Shown: piece after piece, positions 8,694-17,764 of the stretch
How positions within the stretch are numbered: position 1 is the stretch's first letter
Layout: the number at the start of each line of letters is the position of its first letter
DNA from: Candidatus Saccharimonadota bacterium
GTDB lineage: Bacteria; Patescibacteriota; Saccharimonadia; Saccharimonadales; Saccharimonadaceae
Reading direction: 5' to 3'
Assembly (NCBI GenBank): GCA_017510075.1
Contig: JAFWNY010000011.1
Location: 4,573-68,572, forward strand
DNA length: 64,000 nucleotides
Translations under genes and position numbers: made by a program
The notes under the pieces: generated by a model
What the model saw: only the letters and a program-made list of their open reading frames with translations
Databases searched by the model: none
Told to the model about the DNA's origin: nothing

Positions 8694-9125
8694 ATGGATA
8701 AAAAGTTTTCTATCAAAAGTCTAATCATTATTATCGCAGCGGTGCTTGGTGTTATCGCCACATTCTTGCCGTGGGCTACCGTTTCGTTCCTCGGTGTGTC
8801 CGAGAGCGTCAATGGGCTTGGCGGTGACGGCGTCATGGGTGACGGCATTATTACTCTCATCCTCTTCATCGTAGCTGGCGTACTCGCTGGCATTAAGTTC
8901 CAAGGTGGCATGGGCACCGGTTTCAAGGTCGCTATCACCATCATTAGCGCTATCGCTGCTATCATCGGTATGGTCGAGATTGCCAATATCAATGGTAATT
9001 CGCTTGGCCTCGCTTCTGTTGGTTTTGGTGTCTACTTAGTCATCATCGCTGGTATCGCTGGCGCCATCCTCCCTTGGATCCCAATGGGCGAAAAATCTTC
9101 CGACAAGAAAAAGTCCAAGAAGTAA
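8694..9125 (+). CDS. Hypothetical membrane protein (about 4 TM)
   Basis: Four hydrophobic segments, FLPW motif, basic tail; terminator follows. Confidence 0.8.
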   Translation: MDKKFSIKSLIIIIAAVLGVIATFLPWATVSFLGVSESVNGLGGDGVMGDGIITLILFIVAGVLAGIKFQGGMGTGFKVAITIISAIAAIIGMVEIANINGNSLGLASVGFGVYLVIIAGIAGAILPWIPMGEKSSDKKKSKK

Positions 9126-9140
9126 TCCTCTTGACTACTA

Positions 9141-9171
9141 ATATCACCCCTATTCATGGGGGTGATATTTT
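9141..9171 (+). terminator. Intrinsic terminator
   Basis: ATATCACCCC..GGGGTGATAT followed by Ts. Confidence 0.7.
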
Positions 9172-9348
9172 ATATTCCGAACTCTAGTGGTGCGGTAAAA
9201 TCGTACCACATTGTTACAGAATCTATTTTAAACCAAGATCAGTAAATATGTCTCTTTTTATATCGCTAATGTTGCACTTGAGATGTAAGTTCAGAAGCTC
9301 TAAGGACAATTGGAGAGAAATATGATATAATAAACAGGGAGATAAGAG

Positions 9349-10197
9349 ATGAGTCCATATAAAGAAAAACTTATTAAAGCTGATTCTGTGGACGAGCTAG
9401 TTAAAAAAGGCATTAAGTACATCCAAGAGTCTGGGGAGAGGATCTGGACCACGTCTGGTTTAGCTCTACAATCAAACAATGTGACATACGTCCTAGAAAA
9501 TTCATTCAATAGAGTTCACGCCTTACGAGAGCCTGTCTCAATAAAATATTTCGCTAGAGAATTATTTGCTTATTTTGTTGGGAGTTTAAAGGTCAATGAA
9601 GGATTAAGCGACGCGTCTAAATTCTGGAATAAAATTGCTGACGAAAACGGAATGATAAACTCGAATTACGGATACTATGTTTTTAGGAAACAAACACCTG
9701 AAGGTAAAAGTCAATTACAATGGGTTCGCAATAACATTCTCGAAAATCAAGACACGAGACAAGCGGTTATTAATATTAACGGAATAGAGCATAAAAGAGT
9801 CACGAAAGATTTTCCATGTACGCTAGGGTTAGTTTTTCATCTTGATGGCGGCACTTTGAATCTTGACGTGTCATCTCGTAGTACCGATGTAATCACTGGA
9901 CTTCCGTATGATATTGGCTTCTTTTCCTTCGTGTTGGAACTATTAGCAGCTCTATTGTCTCAAGACCTTGGCAAAAATATTAATGCAGGCTATACGGCAA
10001 TGCATGCGTTTTTTACACAAATTTACGACAGGACTAAAAATAAAGTACCTGAGATATTAAAAAATAACCTTAATAACAGTCTTCAACAAATGCCACGTAT
10101 AACCGATGCCGAGGCAACGTTGGAAGATATCATTAAAATTAGTGAAAGACCCCCGAAAACAGATATTATCAAATGGGTAATTAAAAATAAGGAGTAG
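9349..10197 (+). CDS. Thymidylate synthase / dCMP hydroxymethylase family protein
   Basis: NSNYG, DTRQA, DFPCT (catalytic Cys), SRSTDVITGLPYD. Confidence 0.85.
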   Translation: MSPYKEKLIKADSVDELVKKGIKYIQESGERIWTTSGLALQSNNVTYVLENSFNRVHALREPVSIKYFARELFAYFVGSLKVNEGLSDASKFWNKIADENGMINSNYGYYVFRKQTPEGKSQLQWVRNNILENQDTRQAVININGIEHKRVTKDFPCTLGLVFHLDGGTLNLDVSSRSTDVITGLPYDIGFFSFVLELLAALLSQDLGKNINAGYTAMHAFFTQIYDRTKNKVPEILKNNLNNSLQQMPRITDAEATLEDIIKISERPPKTDIIKWVIKNKE

Positions 10198-10199
10198 TT

Positions 10200-10811
10200 A
10201 TGAAGTTATATCTTGCGTCTTACGCTATGGTCACTATGGCAAAAATTATTGAGCATGAAGGTCTCGATTCTGTTGGGAAGAAAGTAATTTTTATCCCAAC
10301 CGCCGGCGACCCGTATGATAATAGGGATTTTGTTGAAGCTGATAAACTTGCGCTCGAAAAATATGGTCTTAACGTTGTCGAGATGGATGTAAAAAATAAA
10401 GACGAAGAAGAAATCCGAAAAACTATTGATGGAGCTGACGTTGTCTTGGTTGCGGGTGGAGATACTTTTTATCTAATGGAGAAGCTGAAAGAAAGTGGAG
10501 CAGATAAAATTATAAAGAAATTTATAGAAAAGGGCGGCGTATATATTGGCTCAAGTGCAGGCTCCATTGTTTGCTGCCCGACAATTGAGGGTGCAGAAGA
10601 ATTTGATGATCCAAGCCTGGCGCCCAGATTGGACAATTTTGACGGGATGGGAGTTTTTAAAGATGTAATAATTCCACATACGCATAAGGAAAAGTACTTC
10701 GAGCGCGTAAAAAGAGCAACTAAGAAGCTGGAGTCTAAGGGGTATAAAGTGCATCCGCTGACTGATGACGATGTTTTGTTTTTTGACGGGGGCTCTTGCG
10801 CAATCTTATAA
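10200..10811 (+). CDS. Peptidase S51 / peptidase E family (class I GATase-like fold)
   Basis: FIPTA, GGDTFYL, YIGSSAGS, IIPH. Confidence 0.9.
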   Translation: MKLYLASYAMVTMAKIIEHEGLDSVGKKVIFIPTAGDPYDNRDFVEADKLALEKYGLNVVEMDVKNKDEEEIRKTIDGADVVLVAGGDTFYLMEKLKESGADKIIKKFIEKGGVYIGSSAGSIVCCPTIEGAEEFDDPSLAPRLDNFDGMGVFKDVIIPHTHKEKYFERVKRATKKLESKGYKVHPLTDDDVLFFDGGSCAIL

Positions 10812-10844
10812 AAAGAGCCCCCAGAATAAAGGGGCTCAAGTATC

Positions 10845-12563
10845 TTAACGATTAAATAGATAATCGTTTTCAGATACGACATAAATTGGAGATTCGGACA
10901 ACTTTTTTCTTTCATCTTTGTTGTAAAGATATAGGAGCTCAACTGTGGGTAAAAACGGAATTTTATTGTCGGTATAATATCTAGAGGCCGACAATGCTGA
11001 AATTTCTACTCCAAGATTTTTCGCTATCTCGCCTTTTGTCCTAAAATAAGGCTTATCGCCTTCGAGTTGATAAGAAAAAATTGTCGGCTTGAGCGAAACG
11101 ACCTCGAAGTGAATACCACGAAATGCGCTCGCAGAAAATCCGAGATTAGGATTGATTGAAGTAAGAATGCCGCGAATCCCATCTCCAAAAGTTTCTTTGA
11201 GTCGGTCTTGGGAATAAGAGAATAGCACACTCATTGTATTTTCTGGCGCCCAAGCCGCATTCCAGGCTCTAGAGGACTCAATAATTTCGCCGTCCGCAAA
11301 GCCCAAATAGGCTAACATTTCTTTTGTATAATTGTAAGAAATTCTGCCGTACGACGAATACGCGAACGGCAAGTCTTCTCCCTCCACAAAGGCGCCATAT
11401 ACTGCAATCTCGCCGGGGTTTGCATAATGCAAATTACAAAAACCGCGGCTATATAATGCACTAATCTCTGTTAATATTGGTGAAAAAATAATTTTCTTCC
11501 CAGTTACTCTTTCATGAACTATCATGATCTTGCCGTTGGGGCCGTCGATAAACTCCTTGTCTTTCAGCACTATCTCTGTGTGCACACCAATATCGGCGAA
11601 GGGGCTGAAATTTATATTGCACATATGCGAAGATGGAAGACCGATATTAGCTCCATTGACATTAATATGCAACCCAGAGAAATATACATCGAGCTCATCG
11701 GCGAGGCGCGTTATCTCCTGGAGAATAAGAGAGTCGTTCGGAACAATCCTGCCTTCGTTAACCATGTGTTCAAATTTAGCGCAGGTTCCTGCCTCGGTTG
11801 ACCGAAGCGACTGCGACGATATCAGCTCTTCAGGAATAGACCACACCTTATTAACTTCGTAAGCGCCGAGGTGCATTAATAGTTGCATAGATAGATCAAA
11901 CTCACCAAATACGTAGTGATGTGACGCAACCATTTCTTTAATTCGATCCGCATATAATTGGCGGATTGGAACTAGGAATTGGTTAGTGCCCCATCGGAAG
12001 TTTTTGCGCGGCACAGATGAGTTTTCCTGCTCATCCCTGATTTTTTGAAACAGATTTCGTTTCTCGACAGCTCGTGCGAGTAGATCCTGTAGTCCTTCGT
12101 TGCCGTTTGCGACTATGTAGGAATTTGGTAAATCTAAAAGTAGATTTTTACCGCATAGTGCATAATCATCAGACAACAAGATTGGACTAATTGTCTCGCG
12201 GACTATCTTCTTGAGAGAGGTTAGGCTACCTATGCCGTTAAAGAGAGTATTGACTTCCGAATCGCTGATATTTTCAGACACATCCAACTCCCCGTTAATG
12301 CCGGGGATAAGTAAATCTGAAATTTTCTTTCTTCTGATAGAAAACTCGCGATTCATTAACTCAATTGCCGTGGGATTTCTCTCCTCAAACATAGTTACAT
12401 CAACCTTGATGGGTGGAAAATTATCGAAGTGCACGAACGCTAACCTGATTGCGAGTCTCAATAAATCATCGATGTTCAGAAACCTAAAATCATTCTGAGT
12501 GGCGACAATTTGATTAAATACGACGGGTGAATAAAAACCAACTGAGGGTCTCGATAGATTCAT
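10845..12563 (-). CDS. Hypothetical protein with C-terminal Mom-like GNAT domain (tentative)
   Basis: 572-aa ORF with GGAG RBS; LHY..ESSRAW..WAPENTMS..LTSINPNLGFSASAFRGIHF. Confidence 0.6.
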   Translation of the reverse strand: MNLSRPSVGFYSPVVFNQIVATQNDFRFLNIDDLLRLAIRLAFVHFDNFPPIKVDVTMFEERNPTAIELMNREFSIRRKKISDLLIPGINGELDVSENISDSEVNTLFNGIGSLTSLKKIVRETISPILLSDDYALCGKNLLLDLPNSYIVANGNEGLQDLLARAVEKRNLFQKIRDEQENSSVPRKNFRWGTNQFLVPIRQLYADRIKEMVASHHYVFGEFDLSMQLLMHLGAYEVNKVWSIPEELISSQSLRSTEAGTCAKFEHMVNEGRIVPNDSLILQEITRLADELDVYFSGLHINVNGANIGLPSSHMCNINFSPFADIGVHTEIVLKDKEFIDGPNGKIMIVHERVTGKKIIFSPILTEISALYSRGFCNLHYANPGEIAVYGAFVEGEDLPFAYSSYGRISYNYTKEMLAYLGFADGEIIESSRAWNAAWAPENTMSVLFSYSQDRLKETFGDGIRGILTSINPNLGFSASAFRGIHFEVVSLKPTIFSYQLEGDKPYFRTKGEIAKNLGVEISALSASRYYTDNKIPFLPTVELLYLYNKDERKKLSESPIYVVSENDYLFNR

Positions 12564-12706
12564 ATTGTCATCTCCTTTTTAATGTTCTAGAAAGATTGGG
12601 GCTTCTTATTCATATTATAACAGATTAAATAAATTTTTCAAGTAGTGCGGTAGTGCAGTGGCCCTGGGTGCAAGTTTGTCGCCTTAAATTTTAAGGTAAA
12701 CATACT

Positions 12707-12894
12707 ATGTTGCAACAAATAAAATGTGCTGCAATAAAACTTGGCAAAAAGACCAGTTGGCCAGAAATAGCTTTAAGAACCTAGAAATCAACAACAAAAA
12801 TGAGGTCTCTTTCAGGTGGAAGAAGCCCCTAGAGCATATATTCAGCAATGCTTCGACCGAAGAATTTCGGTCTGGTGCCCGAGATGGGACTTGA
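12707..12894 (+). pseudogene. C-terminal remnant of a putative large serine recombinase reading into the tRNA 3' end
   Basis: 12724-12894 reads QKDQLARNSFKNLEINNKNEVSFRWKKPLEHIF..SGARDGT*, with its stop inside the tRNA antisense strand. Confidence 0.5.
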
Positions 12895-12957
12895 ACCCAT
12901 ATGGATCGCTCCATTCGATTTTAAGTCGAACGCGTATACCAATTCCGCCACTCGGGC
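12873..12957 (-). tRNA. tRNA-Leu(TAA)
   Basis: Cloverleaf with long variable arm, TTCGA-CTTAAAA-TCGAA, CCA end. Confidence 0.95.
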
Positions 12958-13021
12958 TGGTCTAGATATGATTATAGCATGGATGGTGGTTTTTTGCTAG
13001 TGGTGGTGATATAATGGGGGT

Positions 13022-13849
13022 ATGAATATTTTGTATTGCGGTGATGCGGGGATCGCGAAGGGGGTGTTGGTGTCGATATTGTCGCTGATGATGAGGGGCG
13101 GGAAGGATGCTATATATAATATATATATAATGACGATTGATTGCGAGGGGGTGAAGCCGTTTCCTGCGGGGCGGGCGAGGTTTTTGGATAAGTTGGTGAA
13201 GGGGTATAATGCGAGGAATTCGGTACGGCTGATTGATGCGACGAAGGTGTTTATGGAGAATTTACCACGTAAGAATATGGGGTCTTATTTTACGCCGTGT
13301 TCGATGCTAAGGCTGTATGCAGATAAAGTGCCGGAGCTGGCGGCGCTAGACAGACTGCTGTATTTGGATTATGACGTGGTGTGCCGGGGGGATATAAGGG
13401 AGTTTTATGGGATGGATATGACTGGGGTGGAGGCGGCCGGGGTGCTGGATATTTATGGGCGGTGGTTTTATCATTATCGGGGGCTTTTCCGGCAGGATTA
13501 CATGAACTCTGGGGTGATGCTATTTAATATGCCGGAGTGTGTGAAATCGGGATGTTTGGCGCGGGCGGCGAAGCTTTGTACGGAGCGTAAGATGATGCTG
13601 GCGGATCAAGCGGCGCTGAATAAGGTGATTGAACATCGTAAATTGGTGGAACGGAAGTACAATGAGCAGGGGGAGCGACCGCGTGAAGACACTGTGCTAC
13701 ATCATTTTTCGAATAACTTTAAATTTTGGCCGGTGTTTCATGTACAGAAAGTGAAGCCTTTTGAGGTGGAGAAGGTGCATAAAGTTTTGAAAATTTATGA
13801 ATATGATGATATACTAGATGTATATAAAGAATTAACAGAAGCATTTTAG
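13022..13849 (+). CDS. Glycosyltransferase family 8
   Basis: LYLDYD, YMNSGVMLFN, DQAALN. Confidence 0.9.
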   Translation: MNILYCGDAGIAKGVLVSILSLMMRGGKDAIYNIYIMTIDCEGVKPFPAGRARFLDKLVKGYNARNSVRLIDATKVFMENLPRKNMGSYFTPCSMLRLYADKVPELAALDRLLYLDYDVVCRGDIREFYGMDMTGVEAAGVLDIYGRWFYHYRGLFRQDYMNSGVMLFNMPECVKSGCLARAAKLCTERKMMLADQAALNKVIEHRKLVERKYNEQGERPREDTVLHHFSNNFKFWPVFHVQKVKPFEVEKVHKVLKIYEYDDILDVYKELTEAF

Positions 13850-13853
13850 TGAA

Positions 13854-14843
13854 ATGAGTATATTTAATACAGGGGTTAATCCGTTCAAAAAGACAAAAGT
13901 GGTGCCGGTGTTTTTGACGATTACGGATGACTATGCGAAGTATGCGGCGGCGGCGATTAATTCACTAATGAAGCATGCGGCGCCGGAGCGGAATTATCGG
14001 GTGATTGTGATGTATGATAAGCTGGGGTGGCGGAATCGGTTGCGGCTGAGAAATTTGGTGACGAGGAATTGTGCGATTGAGTTTCATAAGATGAAATATA
14101 ATTTGTATATGCAGATAATTGTGCGGTATTGTGCGAAGCGGACGGGGTCGGGGGATTTCTTCTCGAGTGCGGTATATTATTATAGGGCGTTTATCGCGCG
14201 GTTGTTTCCGCAGTATGATAAGGGGATATACATTGATTCTGATACGATATTGATGGGTGATATTGGTGAGTTGTATGATGCGGACTTGGGGGATAAGGTG
14301 ATTGCGGCGCGAGTGGATCCGAAGGTGGCGGCGGTGCCGGAGTTTGTGCGATATGTGGAGAATGCGCTTGGGGTGCCGGCGAAGGAATACGTTAATTCTG
14401 GGGTGTTATTGATGGATTTGAAGAAATTACGGAAGCTGCGTTATATTACGCGGATGACGGATTTGATTCGGGAGTATGATGCGGATTTGGTGGCGCCAGA
14501 TCAGGATTATTTGAATGTGATATTGAAGGGACAGATTAAACATTTGGGGCGAGAGTGGAACTGTCAGCCGGAGGGGGAGAGTTATAGAGGGGCGAAGTTG
14601 CTTCATTTTAACCTGTCGAAGAAGCCATGGTATCACGAAGATGTGACCTGTGGGGAGTTGTTTTGGAAGGCGGCGAAGGGGACGGGGTTTTATGGGGATT
14701 TGATGCGAGAGAAAGAGTCGTATTCGATAGATGATGCGAAGGAAGCGCAAATGAAAATAACTGCCTTGATTGAAAAGGCAGAGAGATTATCAAAGGTGGA
14801 GACGCCATTGATTGGCGGGCTAATTAAGGAAGTGAAAGAATAG
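13854..14843 (+). CDS. Glycosyltransferase family 8
   Basis: IYIDSD, YVNSGVLLMD, PDQDYLN, KPW. Confidence 0.92.
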   Translation: MSIFNTGVNPFKKTKVVPVFLTITDDYAKYAAAAINSLMKHAAPERNYRVIVMYDKLGWRNRLRLRNLVTRNCAIEFHKMKYNLYMQIIVRYCAKRTGSGDFFSSAVYYYRAFIARLFPQYDKGIYIDSDTILMGDIGELYDADLGDKVIAARVDPKVAAVPEFVRYVENALGVPAKEYVNSGVLLMDLKKLRKLRYITRMTDLIREYDADLVAPDQDYLNVILKGQIKHLGREWNCQPEGESYRGAKLLHFNLSKKPWYHEDVTCGELFWKAAKGTGFYGDLMREKESYSIDDAKEAQMKITALIEKAERLSKVETPLIGGLIKEVKE

Positions 14844-14876
14844 CCTCTGGATAAGACGAAACCTTATTAACAAAAA

Positions 14877-14950
14877 TGGAGGTGCCTACCGGAATTGAAC
14901 CGGTGTACGCGGTTTTGCAGACCGCTGCGTAACCACTCCGCCAAAGCACC
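14877..14950 (-). tRNA. tRNA-Cys(GCA)
   Basis: GCGGT-CTGCAAA-ACCGC anticodon arm, TCCA end. Confidence 0.95.
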
Positions 14951-14973
14951 ACCTACGACCATTATAGCATATT

Positions 14974-15945
14974 TTATGCGAGTGCGCTATATATAATATA
15001 GCTATAATAAATGGTAAAGATAGCGAGCATGAAAACGCCTTCGACGCGGGTGATTTTATGATTGCGCTGAGCGAGGATGCATAGAATAAAGGTAGATAAA
15101 AGTAACATAACGAGGTCTATGAATTCGAACCCGGCGGGACTAATACCACCCGAGATAACGATAGGAAGGGCAAGAACGATACAGATGTTAAATATATTGC
15201 TGCCGACAATGTTGCCGACGAGGAGGTCGGACTCGCCTTTCTTGGCGGCGGTGACGGTGGTGACTAGCTCGGGGAGGGAAGTGCCGAGAGCAACGATAGT
15301 AAGCGAAATGATGCGTTCGGATATGCCGATATTCTCGGCAATGGTGCTGGCGGAATTGACGACGAACTGGCTGCCAGCGGCGACGCCGGCGAGCCCGATA
15401 ATGACAAAGAGGATGGACTTGCCAAGAGTGTATTTGGGCTCCTCGGATTTTTTAGCTTCTTTTTTGTTTTTGCGGGCGAGAGTGATGAGATAATAGAGAA
15501 AAATACCAAACAACAAGAGGCAAATAAGAGCATCGCTACGAGAGAAGACGTTGGTAATAGCACCAGTAAGATTGACGTCAAGGAATAAAATAATCAGCGC
15601 AGTGGAGATGAGAAGAAGAAGCGGGAGCTCTTTGGAGACGGTGGCTTTCTTGACTTTGATGGGATGGATAACGGCGGCGACGCCAATGAGGAGGAGGACG
15701 TTGATGATGTTGCTACCAATAACGTTGCCGAGAAGGATGTCGGTATTACCATTGATAAGCGATGAGAATGAAACGGCGAGCTCTGGCGCACCGGTGCCGA
15801 AAGCGACGATAGTGAGGCCGATTAAAAGTTTGCTAACTTTGAAGTTGGAAGCGACAGATGAAGCGCCATCAACAAGCCAATCGGCGCCCTTGATGAGGAA
15901 GATGAAACCAAGAATGAGGAACAGTATTTGTAGGAATATTTCCAT
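14974..15945 (-). CDS. Calcium/sodium antiporter (YrbG family)
   Basis: Duplicated alpha repeats GTGAPE..GNVIGSN and GTSLPE..GNIVGSN. Confidence 0.93.
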   Translation of the reverse strand: MEIFLQILFLILGFIFLIKGADWLVDGASSVASNFKVSKLLIGLTIVAFGTGAPELAVSFSSLINGNTDILLGNVIGSNIINVLLLIGVAAVIHPIKVKKATVSKELPLLLLISTALIILFLDVNLTGAITNVFSRSDALICLLLFGIFLYYLITLARKNKKEAKKSEEPKYTLGKSILFVIIGLAGVAAGSQFVVNSASTIAENIGISERIISLTIVALGTSLPELVTTVTAAKKGESDLLVGNIVGSNIFNICIVLALPIVISGGISPAGFEFIDLVMLLLSTFILCILAQRNHKITRVEGVFMLAIFTIYYSYIIYSALA

Positions 15946-16036
15946 ATGTTTATCTTATTAAATGCTTATGTATATAATTATAGCATGAATTTTGTTGAAA
16001 AATAAAAAAATGTGGTATAATGAATGTAAGATACAT

Positions 16037-16113
16037 GCGAATGTAGCTCAGTTGTTTAGAGCGCTTCCTTGCCAAGGAAGAGGTCGAGAGTTAGAGTCTC
16101 TTCATTCGCACCA
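16037..16113 (+). tRNA. tRNA-Gly(GCC)
   Basis: CTTCC-TTGCCAA-GGAAG anticodon arm, CCA end; atypical T-loop TTAGAGT. Confidence 0.93.
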
Positions 16114-16246
16114 TCTAAGTAAAAGCCACCAATGTGGCATTTTTCTTGCCTCGCTCTATCATGAGTAGTACTTTGGCAAGAGAAGATACCACCTTGACGG
16201 CTTTTGATCTTGAATGATATAATAGGTATATAAATAAGGAGAAAAT

Positions 16247-16825
16247 ATGCCCACAGGTGGAATAATAGCAATCGTGATCGTGGTGATAATTGTATTGATT
16301 GTTGCTTTGATTGCGGGGATTTATAATAGTTTGGTAAAATTAGACGAGCGCGTAAATGAGGCGTGGTCAGATATTACGGTGCAGCTTAAGTATCGTGCAG
16401 ATTTGATCCCGAATGTGGTGGAGACGGTGAAGGGGTATGCAAAGCATGAGAAAGAGACTTTTCAGATGGTGACGGAAGCTAGAAGCGCGGTGATGGGGGC
16501 GAAGACGGTAAAGCAGGCGGCTGAAGCAGAGAAAGGAATGTCTGCGGCGCTTGGTAAGATTTTTGCGATTGCAGAGGCTTATCCAGAGCTTAAGGCAAAT
16601 GAGAACTTCGTTAAGTTGCAGTCGCAGTTGCAGGACGTAGAAGACAAGATTCAGGCGGCACGGCGGTTTTATAATGCGGGGGCGAAAGATCTTAACACCA
16701 AGATTAAGACCTTCCCGACTAATTTGATTAATAATTTCGTGGGGCATTTTAAGAAGCGTGATTATTTCGAGGTAGAAGAGTCGGAGAAAGCTCGTATCAA
16801 GGATGCACCAGAAGTAAAATTCTAA
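16247..16825 (+). CDS. lemA: LemA family protein
   Basis: N-terminal TM, DLIPNVVETVKGYA, EAYPELKANENF, ARRFYN. Confidence 0.95.
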   Translation: MPTGGIIAIVIVVIIVLIVALIAGIYNSLVKLDERVNEAWSDITVQLKYRADLIPNVVETVKGYAKHEKETFQMVTEARSAVMGAKTVKQAAEAEKGMSAALGKIFAIAEAYPELKANENFVKLQSQLQDVEDKIQAARRFYNAGAKDLNTKIKTFPTNLINNFVGHFKKRDYFEVEESEKARIKDAPEVKF

Positions 16826-16885
16826 GCTGTATTTATGGGTGTGGCAAATTTACGGCGCACCTATTTGTAGAAAAGGAATTCCGTT

Positions 16886-17764
16886 ATGTACAAGCAGATT
16901 GCAGAGAATAAACGTAGAACTATATATATTATAGTGGGTTTTGTACTGATAATTGGGGTGATAGCGGCATTGTTTGCATGGGTGTATAATGACCCGTGGA
17001 TAGCGGTGTGGACGGTAGTGGTGGCGATAGTATATGCTGTGATCCAGTATTTTGCTGCTTCGTCCGTGGCAATGGCGATGACTGGCGCGCGCGAAATTAC
17101 AAAGAAAGACAACCCGAGACTATATAATATAGTGGAGAATTTGTCGATTACGACGGGCTTACCGATGCCAAAAGTATATATTATAGACGATAAGGCGCCA
17201 AACGCGTTTGCAACTGGGCGCGACCCGAAGCATGCCTCGGTAGCGGCGACAAGTGGCTTGCTGGATATCATGAATGACAAAGAGCTAAATGCGGTGATGG
17301 CGCACGAGATGTCGCATGTGAAGAATTATGATATTAGGGTGTCGATGATTGTGTTTGGGCTAGTGTGCGTGATCGGGCTGGTGAGTGACTTGGCGTTTCG
17401 GATGATGTTCTATGGTAATCGGCGAAGAGACAATGAGGGGAGCCCGGTGGGATATGTGCTAATAATGATCGCGGCAGTGTTGTCGCCACTCGTGGCGGCG
17501 GTGGCGCAGATGGCGGTTTCGCGTCAAAGGGAGTACCTGGCGGATGCTTCGGCGGTCAATATCACGCGATACCCAGAAGGTATGATTGATGCTTTGAAAA
17601 AGCTGCAATCGCACAGTACGCCAATGAAGAGCCAGAATATAGCAACAGAGGCGATGTATATTAATAATCCGCTGAGGAAAGGGTTTTTCAGTAATTTGTT
17701 ATCGTCGCATCCGCCGATCGAGAAGAGGATAGAAAGACTCGAGCATGGCAAAAAAACGTTCTGA
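16886..17764 (+). CDS. htpX: M48 zinc metalloprotease HtpX
   Basis: PNAFATG, HEMSH, SRQREYLAD, SHPP. Confidence 0.95.
   Translation: MYKQIAENKRRTIYIIVGFVLIIGVIAALFAWVYNDPWIAVWTVVVAIVYAVIQYFAASSVAMAMTGAREITKKDNPRLYNIVENLSITTGLPMPKVYIIDDKAPNAFATGRDPKHASVAATSGLLDIMNDKELNAVMAHEMSHVKNYDIRVSMIVFGLVCVIGLVSDLAFRMMFYGNRRRDNEGSPVGYVLIMIAAVLSPLVAAVAQMAVSRQREYLADASAVNITRYPEGMIDALKKLQSHSTPMKSQNIATEAMYINNPLRKGFFSNLLSSHPPIEKRIERLEHGKKTF

Noticed and set aside
9185-9200. Possible left att site (TGGTGC) of the tRNA-Leu island
   Set aside because: A 6-bp match is not significant
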